Source: an uncultured delta proteobacterium (GTDB lineage Bacteria; Desulfobacterota; Binatia; Binatales; Binataceae). From it: a DNA stretch of 64,000 nt. The stretch spans positions 1,056,001 through 1,120,000 of the forward strand of contig CAWJET010000002.1 in the NCBI GenBank assembly GCA_963842085.1. The letters run 5' to 3'. The position numbers and the translations under genes were made by a program. The notes below the pieces were generated by a model. It searched no databases and was not told the DNA's origin. It was given only the letters and a program-made list of their open reading frames with translations. Positions 40,323 through 49,495 of this stretch are shown one piece after another (positions within the stretch are counted from its first letter, which is position 1; every line of letters begins with the position of its first letter).

Positions 40323-40350
40323 ATTATAGGCGCTTCGGCTACATAGTCAA
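40323..40350 (-). promoter_or_regulatory. Near-consensus sigma70 promoter of the isc operon
   Basis: TTGACT (40345-40350), 16-bp spacer, TATAAT (40323-40328), about 75 bp upstream of iscS. Confidence 0.7.
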
Positions 40351-40474
40351 ACAGAATCGCGCCCAGATCGGTCGCCACCGGAATACTGGACCCAATCAGT
40401 CTAGTAAGGCGATTGCGCCCGTTTGTCAAGGACAATATCCGGCTTACCGAGCGGTCAAAACCGCAGCAATCGAG

Positions 40475-40711
40475 CTACTTCGGGCGCGGTTTCAGGTCCA
40501 TCCGGCGTTCGTCGCGCCAATCGCTGAAGCCCAAGCGATGCCACGCCGTCGCGCCCACCCAGTTGCGATGCAGCACGCTCAACGTGACGACCGTAATGCC
40601 CGCATCGCGGAACCATTCGTAGGCCTCCGCGAGCATCGGCTTCATTAGGCCGCGTCCTCGGAAGCCCTCCTCCATAAAAGCCTGGCTGATGTAGCCGATG
40701 GACGGCTGCAA
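40475..40711 (-). pseudogene. GNAT acetyltransferase C-terminal fragment
   Basis: FRGRGL motif A and N..A..AW..LGF motif B; the N-terminal half is missing and the frame is closed by TAG inside the adjacent repeat. Confidence 0.6.
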
Positions 40712-40747
40712 TGCGCCGTCGGAATTGCAGCCTGCGGGCGCATGCGA

Positions 40748-40843
40748 ATCCGGGATTCTTCGCTACAGCAGCTTTCGCTCAGAATGACATCAAAAAATGA
40801 ACGGCCGCACGTGTCATTCTGAGCAAAGCGAAGAATCCCGGAT
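40748..40843. repeat. Inverted pair of GTCAT-type hairpin repeats
   Basis: ATCCGGGATTCTTCGCT...GCTCAGAATGACA and TGTCATTCTGAGC...AGCGAAGAATCCCGGAT. Confidence 0.8.
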
Positions 40844-40897
40844 CTTTTTCGACGTTCGCCGGAGCTACCTCAAGCAGAGGATCGAGCGCATGGCCGG

Positions 40898-41203
40898 CTA
40901 CGCGAAGGGGCCGGGATGCGTTGCGTCGAACGAGATTTCGAGCAGGCGGTGCTCGGTGCGGATCGACTTTAGTGCGGCTTCGCGGGTTTGCTCGAATTCG
41001 CGCTCCAGCCATGGCGCGATTTGCTCGATCAGTCTTTCAGGAGAGCCAGCAGCGCCGAGCAGCGCGTTTGCGATGCGGCATCGGAGCGCGACTTTCTCGA
41101 TTCCATCGGCGCGCTCGAGGCTAAGCGTCAGTACGACCGCGTCGGCTGTACGCTCCATCGGTCGAGCGTTCACGAGCGCGTAGATGCCGCGGGCGGTTTT
41201 CAA
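40898..41203 (-). CDS. Hypothetical protein
   Basis: 101-aa ORF 6 bp downstream of secF on the same strand, typical codon usage. Confidence 0.6.
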   Translation of the reverse strand: MKTARGIYALVNARPMERTADAVVLTLSLERADGIEKVALRCRIANALLGAAGSPERLIEQIAPWLEREFEQTREAALKSIRTEHRLLEISFDATHPGPFA

Positions 41204-41209
41204 TGAAGA

Positions 41210-42157
41210 TCAGGCGGCGCGCGAGGAACCTGTGCCCTTCTGTGTGCGGCCGGATTTGCTTTCCCAGAACAGCACCACCGGGCCTGAGATATAGATCGAG
41301 GAATAGGTGCCCGTGATGAAACCGATCAGCAGCGTGAACGCTGACGGGCGTAGAATCGGGCCACCGAACGCAAGCAGCGAGATCAGCACGGTGATTGCGG
41401 TGCCCGAAGTCAGGATCGTGCGCGAGAGAGTCTCGTTGATCGCGCGATTCATGATCGACGCGATCGGCTCGCGCCGGCGCTTGGCTGAATCCTCGCGGAT
41501 ACGATCCGACACGATGATGGTGTCATGGACCGAGTAGCCGATGACCGTCAGCACCGCGGCGAGCGTGGTCAGATCGAACTGGTACTGGCTGATCACCAGC
41601 GCGCAGATCACGACCAGCACGTCGTGGACGAGTGCGATCACGGCGCCCGCGCCGAAGCTCCAGCTCACGTGGCGGAACTGGATGGCGATGTACACGCCCA
41701 TAAAGATGGTGGCGATGATGACGGCGAAGAAGCCCTTGCGGCGGAGATCGCTGCCGACCTTGGCGCCGACACTCTCGACTCGCACCACCTTGGCGACGCC
41801 GGGCCCGTAGGCCTTGTCCAGCGCTCCCTCGAGTTTAGGCCCGATGCTGCCGATGCTCTTGACGGCCTCAAAGCGCGCGAGGAAGGACTGGCCGGACTTG
41901 CCGAAGTCCTGGACGGTGACCTCGCCGAGGTCGAGCGGGGCGAGCGCCTTGCGAATCGCGTCGCCGTTGGTGACGGTGGCGGCGCTGAACTCGATTTGCG
42001 CGACGCTGCCGCCGGCGAAGTCGACGCCGTAGTTAAGGCCGCGGGTGAAGAGCAGCACGATCGCCGCAATATTGATCACGGTCGAGAGCGCGACGAAAAA
42101 ATAGCGCTTCCCGACGAAATCGAGATTGATGTCGGGACGGATGAGCTGTAAAGACAT
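41210..42157 (-). CDS. secF: Protein translocase subunit SecF
   Basis: GLNYGVDFAGG, ALVHDV, IGYSVHDTIIVSDRIRE, TLSRT and GTYSSIYI motifs. Confidence 0.95.
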   Translation of the reverse strand: MSLQLIRPDINLDFVGKRYFFVALSTVINIAAIVLLFTRGLNYGVDFAGGSVAQIEFSAATVTNGDAIRKALAPLDLGEVTVQDFGKSGQSFLARFEAVKSIGSIGPKLEGALDKAYGPGVAKVVRVESVGAKVGSDLRRKGFFAVIIATIFMGVYIAIQFRHVSWSFGAGAVIALVHDVLVVICALVISQYQFDLTTLAAVLTVIGYSVHDTIIVSDRIREDSAKRRREPIASIMNRAINETLSRTILTSGTAITVLISLLAFGGPILRPSAFTLLIGFITGTYSSIYISGPVVLFWESKSGRTQKGTGSSRAA

Positions 42158-42198
42158 CGGCCCTGTTTAGCTTTTCGCTGTCATGCGCACAAGTACGG

Positions 42199-42624
42199 TC
42201 AGCTCGCGGCCGCGCGCTTGCGCGTGGAGCGGGTTGAGCGGCGCGACGAGCCGCCGGTTTCCCTGGCCGCGGCGGCGGCGGCGCTGTTGGCGGCAGCCTG
42301 GGCCTTGGCGCATGCGCCGCACAGATTGTTCTGGTTGGCGGGGTCTTCGCTGAAGCCGTCGTCGAGCGAGTGGCAGACTTTCAGGCACGAGCCGCAGATA
42401 AAGTAGATGCCCTCGATGGTCTTGTTGATTCGTTCGCGGTTGAGGATTCTCCCACGCAGCTTCTCGATGCGGATGCCGAGCAGCTCGCCGTACTGGCGCT
42501 TGATTTTTCGGCGGCCGGCTTCGTCCTTGGGAAGGTCGGCATCTTCGTCCGCTTCGTCCGACATGTCGCCGAACGAGGCGTATTTGTCGCGCTTGGAGGT
42601 CTTGCTCTTGCGCGCTCTGCCCAT
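42199..42624 (-). CDS. Hypothetical C4 zinc-finger protein, DksA/TraR-like features
   Basis: AGGGGG RBS; DMSDEA (DxxDxA), long helix, EGIYFICGSC...P....LCGAC. Confidence 0.7.
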   Translation of the reverse strand: MGRARKSKTSKRDKYASFGDMSDEADEDADLPKDEAGRRKIKRQYGELLGIRIEKLRGRILNRERINKTIEGIYFICGSCLKVCHSLDDGFSEDPANQNNLCGACAKAQAAANSAAAAAARETGGSSRRSTRSTRKRAAAS

Positions 42625-42644
42625 CGCGTGATCCCCCTGCCCGC

Positions 42645-42815
42645 TTAGCGCGTGCGTCCGACGAAGCCGCAGTTCTTTTCGCAGACCAGGTAGAAGCCCT
42701 TGCGGCCGAAGCCGGCGAACTTGGTCACCTTGCTCTCGGCGCCGCAACTGGGACAGAGGTGTTTCTGCTGGAGTCCGGCGTTTTTCTCAGCGGTCTTTGC
42801 CTTTTTCTCTGCCAT
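42645..42815 (-). CDS. Small (56 aa) zinc-ribbon protein absent from the ORF track
   Basis: MAEKKAKTAEKNAGLQQKHLCPSCGAESKVTKFAGFGRKGFYLVCEKNCGFVGRTR*; CxxC...CxxxC; GC3-rich codons; promoter upstream. Confidence 0.7.
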   Translation of the reverse strand: MAEKKAKTAEKNAGLQQKHLCPSCGAESKVTKFAGFGRKGFYLVCEKNCGFVGRTR

Positions 42816-42927
42816 GACGTGGATTGCTCTCGAGTTGGATTAACGGCTCTCGAATTCGGAATCAGATTAACGTTTACGCAAAACGACCCGGCCACTGGAG
42901 AATACCATCTGGCCGGGTGCATCCTCA

Positions 42928-42956
42928 AAGGTAAGGTCGCAAGGCCGCATAGTCAA
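42928..42956 (-). promoter_or_regulatory. Putative sigma70 promoter for the zinc-ribbon/secF unit
   Basis: TTGACT, 17-bp spacer, TACCTT. Confidence 0.55.
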
Positions 42957-43014
42957 TAGCCGGCACGCGCTAAGAGTTGCCCGCGCGCGCGATGCGTGCA
43001 AGCGTTGAATTACC

Positions 43015-43872
43015 TTGGACTCGCGCCTGAAAGAAAACGATGCCGTAATTTTTGTCGATCGCAAGGGGCGCCGCTACCTGAAGATGCTGCGGGCGGGCAA
43101 GAAGCTGCTCATCCGCGGCGAGCTGCGCGCCGACGATTTATTCGGCGTCGAGGAAGGATCGCGCGTCAAGTTCTCGACCGGCGAGGCGTTCCTGGTGTTG
43201 CGGCCGACCTACGCCGACCTGATCCCGCATCTGCCGCGCGCGTCGCAGGTGATTTATCCCAAGGACACCGGGCCGCTGCTGGTGTGGGGCGACGTGTTTC
43301 CGGGGGCGACGGTGATCGAAGGCGGCACGGGTGCGGGCGCGCTCACGATTGCGCTGCTGAGAGCGGTGGGGCCGGCGGGACGCGTGATCTCGTACGAGTT
43401 GCGCGAGGACTTCGCCGACGCCGCGCGCAAAAACGTGGCCGCGTTTTTCGGCGAGGCACCGAACTGGACGATTAAGGTGCGCGATCTCTACGCGGGCTTC
43501 GATGAAACCGGCGTCGATCGGATGTTCCTCGATCTCGCGGAGCCGGGGCGTGCGCTCGCAGTCGCGGCGTGCGCGCTCAGGCCGGGCGCTGTGCTGGTGT
43601 GCTACGTGCCGACGGCGGTGCAGCTCAAGGACACGGTCGAGGCGCTTCAGGCGCGCAGCGATTTTGGCGAGATCGAAAGCTTCGAGACGCTGCTGCGCCA
43701 TTGGCAGGTAAAGGGGATGAGCGTGCGGCCGCATTTCAGGATGATCGCGCACTCGGCGTTTATCATCGTGTCGCGCAAGCTGGTCGCCGACGCGTCGAAT
43801 CCGCAAGAACGATTGGTCGACGCCAATTCAGCAGAGTCCGGCAGCGTCGATGCTGACGAGCCGCTCGAATGA
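43015..43872 (+). CDS. trmI: tRNA (adenine-N1)-methyltransferase (TrmI/GCD14)
   Basis: QVIYPKD, EGGTGAGALT, SYELREDFA, FLDL.EP and RP..RMIAHSAF motifs. Confidence 0.92.
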   Translation: MDSRLKENDAVIFVDRKGRRYLKMLRAGKKLLIRGELRADDLFGVEEGSRVKFSTGEAFLVLRPTYADLIPHLPRASQVIYPKDTGPLLVWGDVFPGATVIEGGTGAGALTIALLRAVGPAGRVISYELREDFADAARKNVAAFFGEAPNWTIKVRDLYAGFDETGVDRMFLDLAEPGRALAVAACALRPGAVLVCYVPTAVQLKDTVEALQARSDFGEIESFETLLRHWQVKGMSVRPHFRMIAHSAFIIVSRKLVADASNPQERLVDANSAESGSVDADEPLE

Positions 43873-44864
43873 TCACGCGGAGAAAATTTCTGGCGGCGTC
43901 GGGCGCCGCGATCGCGCTCGCCGGCATCCCGCGAGTCACGCGCGCAGCCGCTGCGTCACTGAAATTCGGCGGGCCGACGCCGAATGCGAATTTTTACGTG
44001 ACGTCGTACGCAAGGACGCCGAGTGTCGACCTCAATTCGTGGCGCTTTGGCATCAAGGGACTGGTCGAGAATCCGATCCAGTTTTCCTACGCGGATATTC
44101 TCAAGCTCCCGAAGATCGACGAGATGCTGACGCTTGAATGCATCTCGAACCCGCCCGACGGCACCGCTATCAGCAACGCCAACTGGACGGGCGTACGACT
44201 GCGTCCGCTCCTGGAGCGCGCGGGAGTCGGGCGGCGAGCGAGGTTCGTCGCGATGCGCGGGGCGGACGGCTATCACACGGTGCTGCCGGTCGAGGAACTG
44301 ATGCGCGAGGAAAATTTTCTGCCGTACCTGATGAACGGCGTGCCGTTGCCCGCCGAGCATGGCTATCCGCTTAGAATTTTCATTCCGGGAAAGTACGGGA
44401 TGAAGCAGCCGAAGTGGCTCACCGAGCTCGAATTTGCGGACCACGAAATCCCCGGCTACTGGGAGATTCGCGGATGGAGCGACACCTGCTGGCGCAAGGT
44501 CAACTCGGGCTTCTTCTCGCCGCGCGTGGAAGGCGGGCTGATGTCGATTTTCGATCGCAAGGCCAGGGTGGCGGCGCCGGTGGACATCTACGGCTGGGCG
44601 CTGGCCGGACCTTCGGGAATCAAACGCGTCGAAGTGTCGGCGGACGACGGCGCGACGTGGCATGACGCGGAACTGGTCGAGAACCGCTCGCCGTACGTGT
44701 GGACGGTCTGGAAATATCGCTTCGCGCCGAGGGCCGCAGGCGATTTCATGATTCGCGTGCGCGCAACCGACGGCAGCGGCGTCGCACAGCCGCCCACGGA
44801 TCCGCAGACGGGCAGCGGCATGAGCGGGCAGGCGCGGCTAGCACTCGAGGTAACGCACGCGTGA
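43869..44864 (+). CDS. Tat-exported molybdopterin-dependent oxidoreductase (sulfite oxidase family)
   Basis: TRRKFL Tat motif; TLECISN, NANWTGV, HGYPLR..PGKYGMKQPKW and GYWE.RGW motifs. Confidence 0.9.
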   Translation: MITRRKFLAASGAAIALAGIPRVTRAAAASLKFGGPTPNANFYVTSYARTPSVDLNSWRFGIKGLVENPIQFSYADILKLPKIDEMLTLECISNPPDGTAISNANWTGVRLRPLLERAGVGRRARFVAMRGADGYHTVLPVEELMREENFLPYLMNGVPLPAEHGYPLRIFIPGKYGMKQPKWLTELEFADHEIPGYWEIRGWSDTCWRKVNSGFFSPRVEGGLMSIFDRKARVAAPVDIYGWALAGPSGIKRVEVSADDGATWHDAELVENRSPYVWTVWKYRFAPRAAGDFMIRVRATDGSGVAQPPTDPQTGSGMSGQARLALEVTHA

Positions 44865-44877
44865 AAATTATCCGTGG

Positions 44878-46296
44878 CTAGCGGAGTAACGTTGCGGTGT
44901 GCAGGGCGCGCGCCGTGGACATCGGGCCGGTCGCGCTGAAGCTGCCGCCGTCCGCGGGATTGAACAGCTCCGCGCTGCGGAGCACGGTGCCGTGCGCGGC
45001 GGGGTCGGCGGCGCCGATGCCGCCGGCAATCAGCACGCGATGGGCAGCCGGCCCGGCCGCGAGCAGCGTTGCGGTATGCCCGGCGCGCGCAACGGTCATC
45101 GACTGATTGCATCGCAGCGTCTCGGTGTTGAATCCGCCGACGCAAGTGAAATCGCCGGTGTTTGGATCGAACGTCTCGGCCGAATTGCTGATCAAGCCCG
45201 ACGCGCCCGACAGCATGCCGCCCGAGATCGCCACCGTGCCGTTGAATCCGCCCGCAAGCAGCACATCCCCGTCGTCGAGCAGGGTGGCGGTGTGGAGCGA
45301 GCGCGGCTCGTTCATGAAGCTCGAGAGCAGCACGAACTGCTGCGAGGTGGGATCGTAGAGCTCGGCACTGCTGTCCTTGAAAAAGAAACTCGAGCCGCCG
45401 ACGCCGCCGGTAATCAGGACCTTGCCGGCCAGCGGGCCGTTGATGAAGAGCGTCGCGGTGTGCGCCGCACGCTGATGGTCCATCGGGGAGTTCACGGGGG
45501 TAAACGAGTTCGACGCGGGATCGTAAACGTCGGCGGAGTTGGTGGTGTCGCCCGACAGATTGGTCGCGCCGCCAGCCACCAGCACTTTGCCGCTGAGCAG
45601 CAGCGTCGCGGTATGAAACATGCGCCGATCGCTCATCGTGTTATTGACCGTGATGAACTTTCGCGCGGCTGGATCGTAGAGCTCCGCGGTATCGAGGACC
45701 TCGCCGTGATTGTCCAGCCCGCCAACGACCAGGATTTTGCCGTTGTTCAGCGCGGTCGCGGTGAAGCCCATCCTCGGCGTGGCCATCTGACCCGCCGGCG
45801 AGAACGCGCCGGTCGCCTCGTCGAAAATCTCCGCGCCGCCCAGCACGTTGCCTTCGAGCGCGAGCGAAAAATGTTTAATCGCGGCGCTGCCGCTGAAGCC
45901 GCCATCGAGCAGCACCTGGGTCGCCGAGAGCGCAGCCGCCGATGCGCCGGCGCGACTCGACGACGCGCTGCCCGTTGGAACGAACTGGCCCGACGACAGA
46001 TCGAAAAACTCCGCACTCGCGAGACTTCGATTCAAGGCGTCAACGCCGCCCGCGATCAGTACGTCGCCCGCCGCGGGAATCGCGGCCCTGAGGTTGTGAA
46101 TTGCGCCCCGATGGCGGTGTGAGACCGCGCTTTTGGCAGCCGTATCGTTCGCCGCGGAGCCGTCGTGCGACGGCGCTTCGATACTCTCGCCGTTGATGCA
46201 TCCGCTCGCCGCGAGCAGGCCGATCAGGCCAACGACGCTCAGCGCTGCGAGCGCAACTCGCACCCATCGGGCGCTGGTATTGAGATCTCTGTGCAA
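44878..46296 (-). CDS. Kelch-repeat (beta-propeller) lipoprotein
   Basis: Lipobox-like ASGC; repeated R..HTATLL..GKVLVAGG..SAELYDP. Confidence 0.88.
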   Translation of the reverse strand: MHRDLNTSARWVRVALAALSVVGLIGLLAASGCINGESIEAPSHDGSAANDTAAKSAVSHRHRGAIHNLRAAIPAAGDVLIAGGVDALNRSLASAEFFDLSSGQFVPTGSASSSRAGASAAALSATQVLLDGGFSGSAAIKHFSLALEGNVLGGAEIFDEATGAFSPAGQMATPRMGFTATALNNGKILVVGGLDNHGEVLDTAELYDPAARKFITVNNTMSDRRMFHTATLLLSGKVLVAGGATNLSGDTTNSADVYDPASNSFTPVNSPMDHQRAAHTATLFINGPLAGKVLITGGVGGSSFFFKDSSAELYDPTSQQFVLLSSFMNEPRSLHTATLLDDGDVLLAGGFNGTVAISGGMLSGASGLISNSAETFDPNTGDFTCVGGFNTETLRCNQSMTVARAGHTATLLAAGPAAHRVLIAGGIGAADPAAHGTVLRSAELFNPADGGSFSATGPMSTARALHTATLLR

Positions 46297-46407
46297 ACGA
46301 GCCCGGCTCCAAAGCTCATTATACAGGATTACAGGCGCGAGAATTAGACGAAGTTCAGGCGAAAAAGTTTCAGATGAAGATTCATCCGAGTCTGGCGTTC
46401 CCGTGAA

Positions 46408-48894
46408 CTAATGAGAGAAAATTCCCTTGAAAAATTTGCCGACCGCGCCGAAAACGTCGGAAGATGAAGGACTTGCCGACGCGACCGGCTGCGGCGCCGC
46501 AGATGGCGGTGCAGGTGGCATCGTGGCCGACACCGGTGCAGAAGCGGGCGCGCTCGCGAAAATTCCGCCGTGGAGCGGACACATCTGCGTCGGCGCGGTA
46601 CCAAGCAGGAATGGCAGCGCGACCTGCAGCGGGCACGCCGAGGTCGCCAGACCGCCGGATTCGGGATCGATCGTAGCCATCGTGATGCCAGACGGCTCGG
46701 GAAAGTCCTCGGCATCCGCCGGCGCCGCATCTTCCATGAACTGAACCCAGGCCGGCAGCGCCGCCTGCGCGCCTGTCAGGCCGAGGCTCTCGGGCTCGTC
46801 GAAGCCGACCCAGACGCCGCATACGATAGCCGGCGTATAGCCGATGAAGTAGGCGTCGCGGTAATCCTGCGTCGTGCCGGTCTTGCCCGCCGCGGGAAAA
46901 TCCAGTCCCAGGCGGCCGGCGCTCGCGCCGGTCCCATAGCGCAGAACGGCTTTGAGAGCGCCGGTGATCAGATAGGCGACGGCGGGATGAATGATGCGAT
47001 TCGTCTCGTCCGCGTGCCGGTAGATCTGATGGCCCTTCGCATCGACAACCGCCTCGACCGCGTACGGCGGCGACTGCACACCCTCGCTCGCAAACACCTG
47101 GTACGCGGAGGTGAGCTCGAGCAGCGTGGTCTCGTCGGCGCCGATCGAAATCGGCAGCACCGCGGGAAGATCCTCGTGGATGCCCATCTCGTGCGCCGTC
47201 TTGACGATCGTCGCGGGTCCCAGGCGGCTGCCGACGTAGGCAGTCGGCACGTTGAGGGATTCGATCAACGCCTGGGCCACAGTCACTTGCGGCTGATAGG
47301 TGCGCTCGTAGTTCGCGGGCGTCCATCCGTCAAAGGTCATCGGCTCGTCGGGCAGAGTGGACGCGAGCGTGAGCGGGGGCGAGAACGGCGCGCGCGAGGG
47401 ATCGAGCGCGGCCAGGTAGACAATCGGCTTGAATGCCGACCCCGGCTGCCGCTCGGCATTGGCGGCACGATTAAACTGGCTCTCAGAGTAGTCGCGCCCG
47501 CCGACCATCGCGCGGATGGCGCCGCTATCGGCGTCCAGCGCGACCAGCGAAGTCTGCAGCTTGCCGTCGGTCTTTGTGCGGCGCAGGCGGCGATGGTTCT
47601 TTTCGAGCTGCGCGATATTGTCCGTGACCGCGTCGACGGCGTCGCTCTGCAGCTCGGTGTCGAGGGTGGTGTAAACCTTGAGTCCCTCAAGACGGCCGTC
47701 GAAGCCGGGAATCCTGTTCACGAATGCGGTCACGTAGTCGGTGAAGTACGGCGCGCGGCGCAGTCCCGGCGGCTTGGTGATTTGAATCGGCGTGGCGACG
47801 GCGGCGGCGTAGGTGGTGTCGTCGATCGCGCCTGCCCGCTTCATCACGTCCAGCACGACATCGCGCCGCTTGCGGCATGCGTCGGGATGACGCCGCGGGT
47901 CGTATAGCGTCGGCGCCTGGATCATTCCGATCAGCGTCGCCGCCTCCGCGGGCGTCACCTCGGACAGATCCTTGTTGAAAAAATATCGTGCTGCCTGCGG
48001 CAGCCCGTCGATCGGCGTGCCCTCGTACTCGCCCATCGGCACGTCGTTGATGTAGCGCTCGAGGATCTCATTTTTGTGAAGGCGAATTTCGAGCACCGCT
48101 GCGACGGCCAGCTCGCGGAACTTGCGGCTGAAGCTGCGCTCGTGGCGTTCCATGAAGGTCCGCGCCAGTTGCTGGGTGAGCGTGCTGGCGCCCTGGACGA
48201 GGCGATGCGCGCGCAAGTCGGCAATGGCGGCCTCGACGATGCGGATCGGATCGATTCCCGGATGGTAGTAGAAAAAACGATCTTCGTTGGCGAGCAGTCC
48301 TTTGACCAGGAATGGCTTGAGCTGGCTCAGTTGCACCTCGACTCGTTCGGCGGGAGCTCCGGGCAGCAGCCGGCCGATCACCTCAGGCTCGAGCATCGCG
48401 TCAGACTTGGCGACGCCGAACGCATCGGCCACGCCGGCGATCCGCGTACCGTCCAGGCTCACGCGCACCATCTCGGCAGGATACTCCCTGGCGCCGACGT
48501 TGAACGAGCGCAGGTAAATTGCGAGCGCATGCGGCGCCCTGGTGTACTCGCCCGGAATGTTGGCCGACGCCACCTGCGAGTAGCTCAGGTGCGCAAGCCG
48601 ATCCATCAGGCCGCTGCGTTCGAGGTCGTCGCCGGCGCGCAGCGGGAACGGCGCGGAAAAGATCGCGGAGGTCAGCGCGGCGCGACGCTGCTCGATCAGC
48701 GCGGAGATCTCGCCGTACAGTTGCGCGAGGTAGAAGCCCGCCGCGAAGAACACGAGCAGGAATCCAGCGGCGGCGAGGTTTCGCACGCGCCATCCGCGGA
48801 TTCGCCATTCGCGGCGTTTTTTCTTCGCCGGCTTCGCTTTTGCCTTCATTGGCGCCTGCCGTCCGCCGCCCATCGGTGTTGCTACCTCAGTCAA
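46408..48894 (-). CDS. Bifunctional penicillin-binding protein (class A, PBP1b-like)
   Basis: EDRFF..H.G and GASTLTQQL transglycosylase motifs; SAFK, SLN and KTGT transpeptidase motifs. Confidence 0.93.
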   Translation of the reverse strand: MTEVATPMGGGRQAPMKAKAKPAKKKRREWRIRGWRVRNLAAAGFLLVFFAAGFYLAQLYGEISALIEQRRAALTSAIFSAPFPLRAGDDLERSGLMDRLAHLSYSQVASANIPGEYTRAPHALAIYLRSFNVGAREYPAEMVRVSLDGTRIAGVADAFGVAKSDAMLEPEVIGRLLPGAPAERVEVQLSQLKPFLVKGLLANEDRFFYYHPGIDPIRIVEAAIADLRAHRLVQGASTLTQQLARTFMERHERSFSRKFRELAVAAVLEIRLHKNEILERYINDVPMGEYEGTPIDGLPQAARYFFNKDLSEVTPAEAATLIGMIQAPTLYDPRRHPDACRKRRDVVLDVMKRAGAIDDTTYAAAVATPIQITKPPGLRRAPYFTDYVTAFVNRIPGFDGRLEGLKVYTTLDTELQSDAVDAVTDNIAQLEKNHRRLRRTKTDGKLQTSLVALDADSGAIRAMVGGRDYSESQFNRAANAERQPGSAFKPIVYLAALDPSRAPFSPPLTLASTLPDEPMTFDGWTPANYERTYQPQVTVAQALIESLNVPTAYVGSRLGPATIVKTAHEMGIHEDLPAVLPISIGADETTLLELTSAYQVFASEGVQSPPYAVEAVVDAKGHQIYRHADETNRIIHPAVAYLITGALKAVLRYGTGASAGRLGLDFPAAGKTGTTQDYRDAYFIGYTPAIVCGVWVGFDEPESLGLTGAQAALPAWVQFMEDAAPADAEDFPEPSGITMATIDPESGGLATSACPLQVALPFLLGTAPTQMCPLHGGIFASAPASAPVSATMPPAPPSAAPQPVASASPSSSDVFGAVGKFFKGIFSH

Positions 48895-48931
48895 AAGGCT
48901 AGCCGCGTCACGATGCCTGATCCATCGACCT

Positions 48932-49414
48932 TCATTGCTTGTAGCCGAATCGCCGCAGCATCGCTCGGCGCTCCGCCTGGTCGTCCGCGCCCTCGACGCC
49001 CTTGGGCGAACTGCCGTCGATCACCCCGACGACGCCGCGCCCGCCTCCGTCCTCTGCGACGATCACGCGGAGCTGGTTCGCCGTCGCACAGAAGACCGTA
49101 CATACCTCGCTTACCGACTTGATCTGATTGAGCACGTTGACTGGGAATGCGTTGCCCAAAATCACCACGAACACGTGCCCTGCGGCAATCGCCGCCGCCG
49201 CTTCGACCGCCGACTGCTCCAGCGCCGGCTCGGTGCCCGTGTGCCGAATCAGGCATGGGCCCGACGCCTCGCAGAACGCCAGACCGAACTTGATTCCCGG
49301 CACCGCCTGCACCAGAGCCTCGTAAACGTCCTCGACGGTCTTGATGAAGTGCGCCTGGCCAACGATCACATTGGCGTCGGCAGGTTTCGCGATTTCGACA
49401 ATACTCAGTTGCAT
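48932..49414 (-). CDS. Adenosine-specific kinase family protein (DUF355)
   Basis: GQAHFIKTVED, FGLAFCEASG, FCATAN and GVIDG motifs. Confidence 0.88.
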   Translation of the reverse strand: MQLSIVEIAKPADANVIVGQAHFIKTVEDVYEALVQAVPGIKFGLAFCEASGPCLIRHTGTEPALEQSAVEAAAAIAAGHVFVVILGNAFPVNVLNQIKSVSEVCTVFCATANQLRVIVAEDGGGRGVVGVIDGSSPKGVEGADDQAERRAMLRRFGYKQ

Positions 49415-49495
49415 AGTGCTTGCCCCCTGTGACTATTGCGCGGATGATAATTGCGTGGATGCGGCGCCGGGAAGTGAGTATCCGGCAATGGAGGC

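Noticed and set aside
42895-42915. Fluoride riboswitch-like AGATGGTATTCTCC in the leader (minus strand)
   Set aside because: P1 pairing and the downstream GCUGAUGAC element are missing, and there is no crcB/eriC gene nearby.
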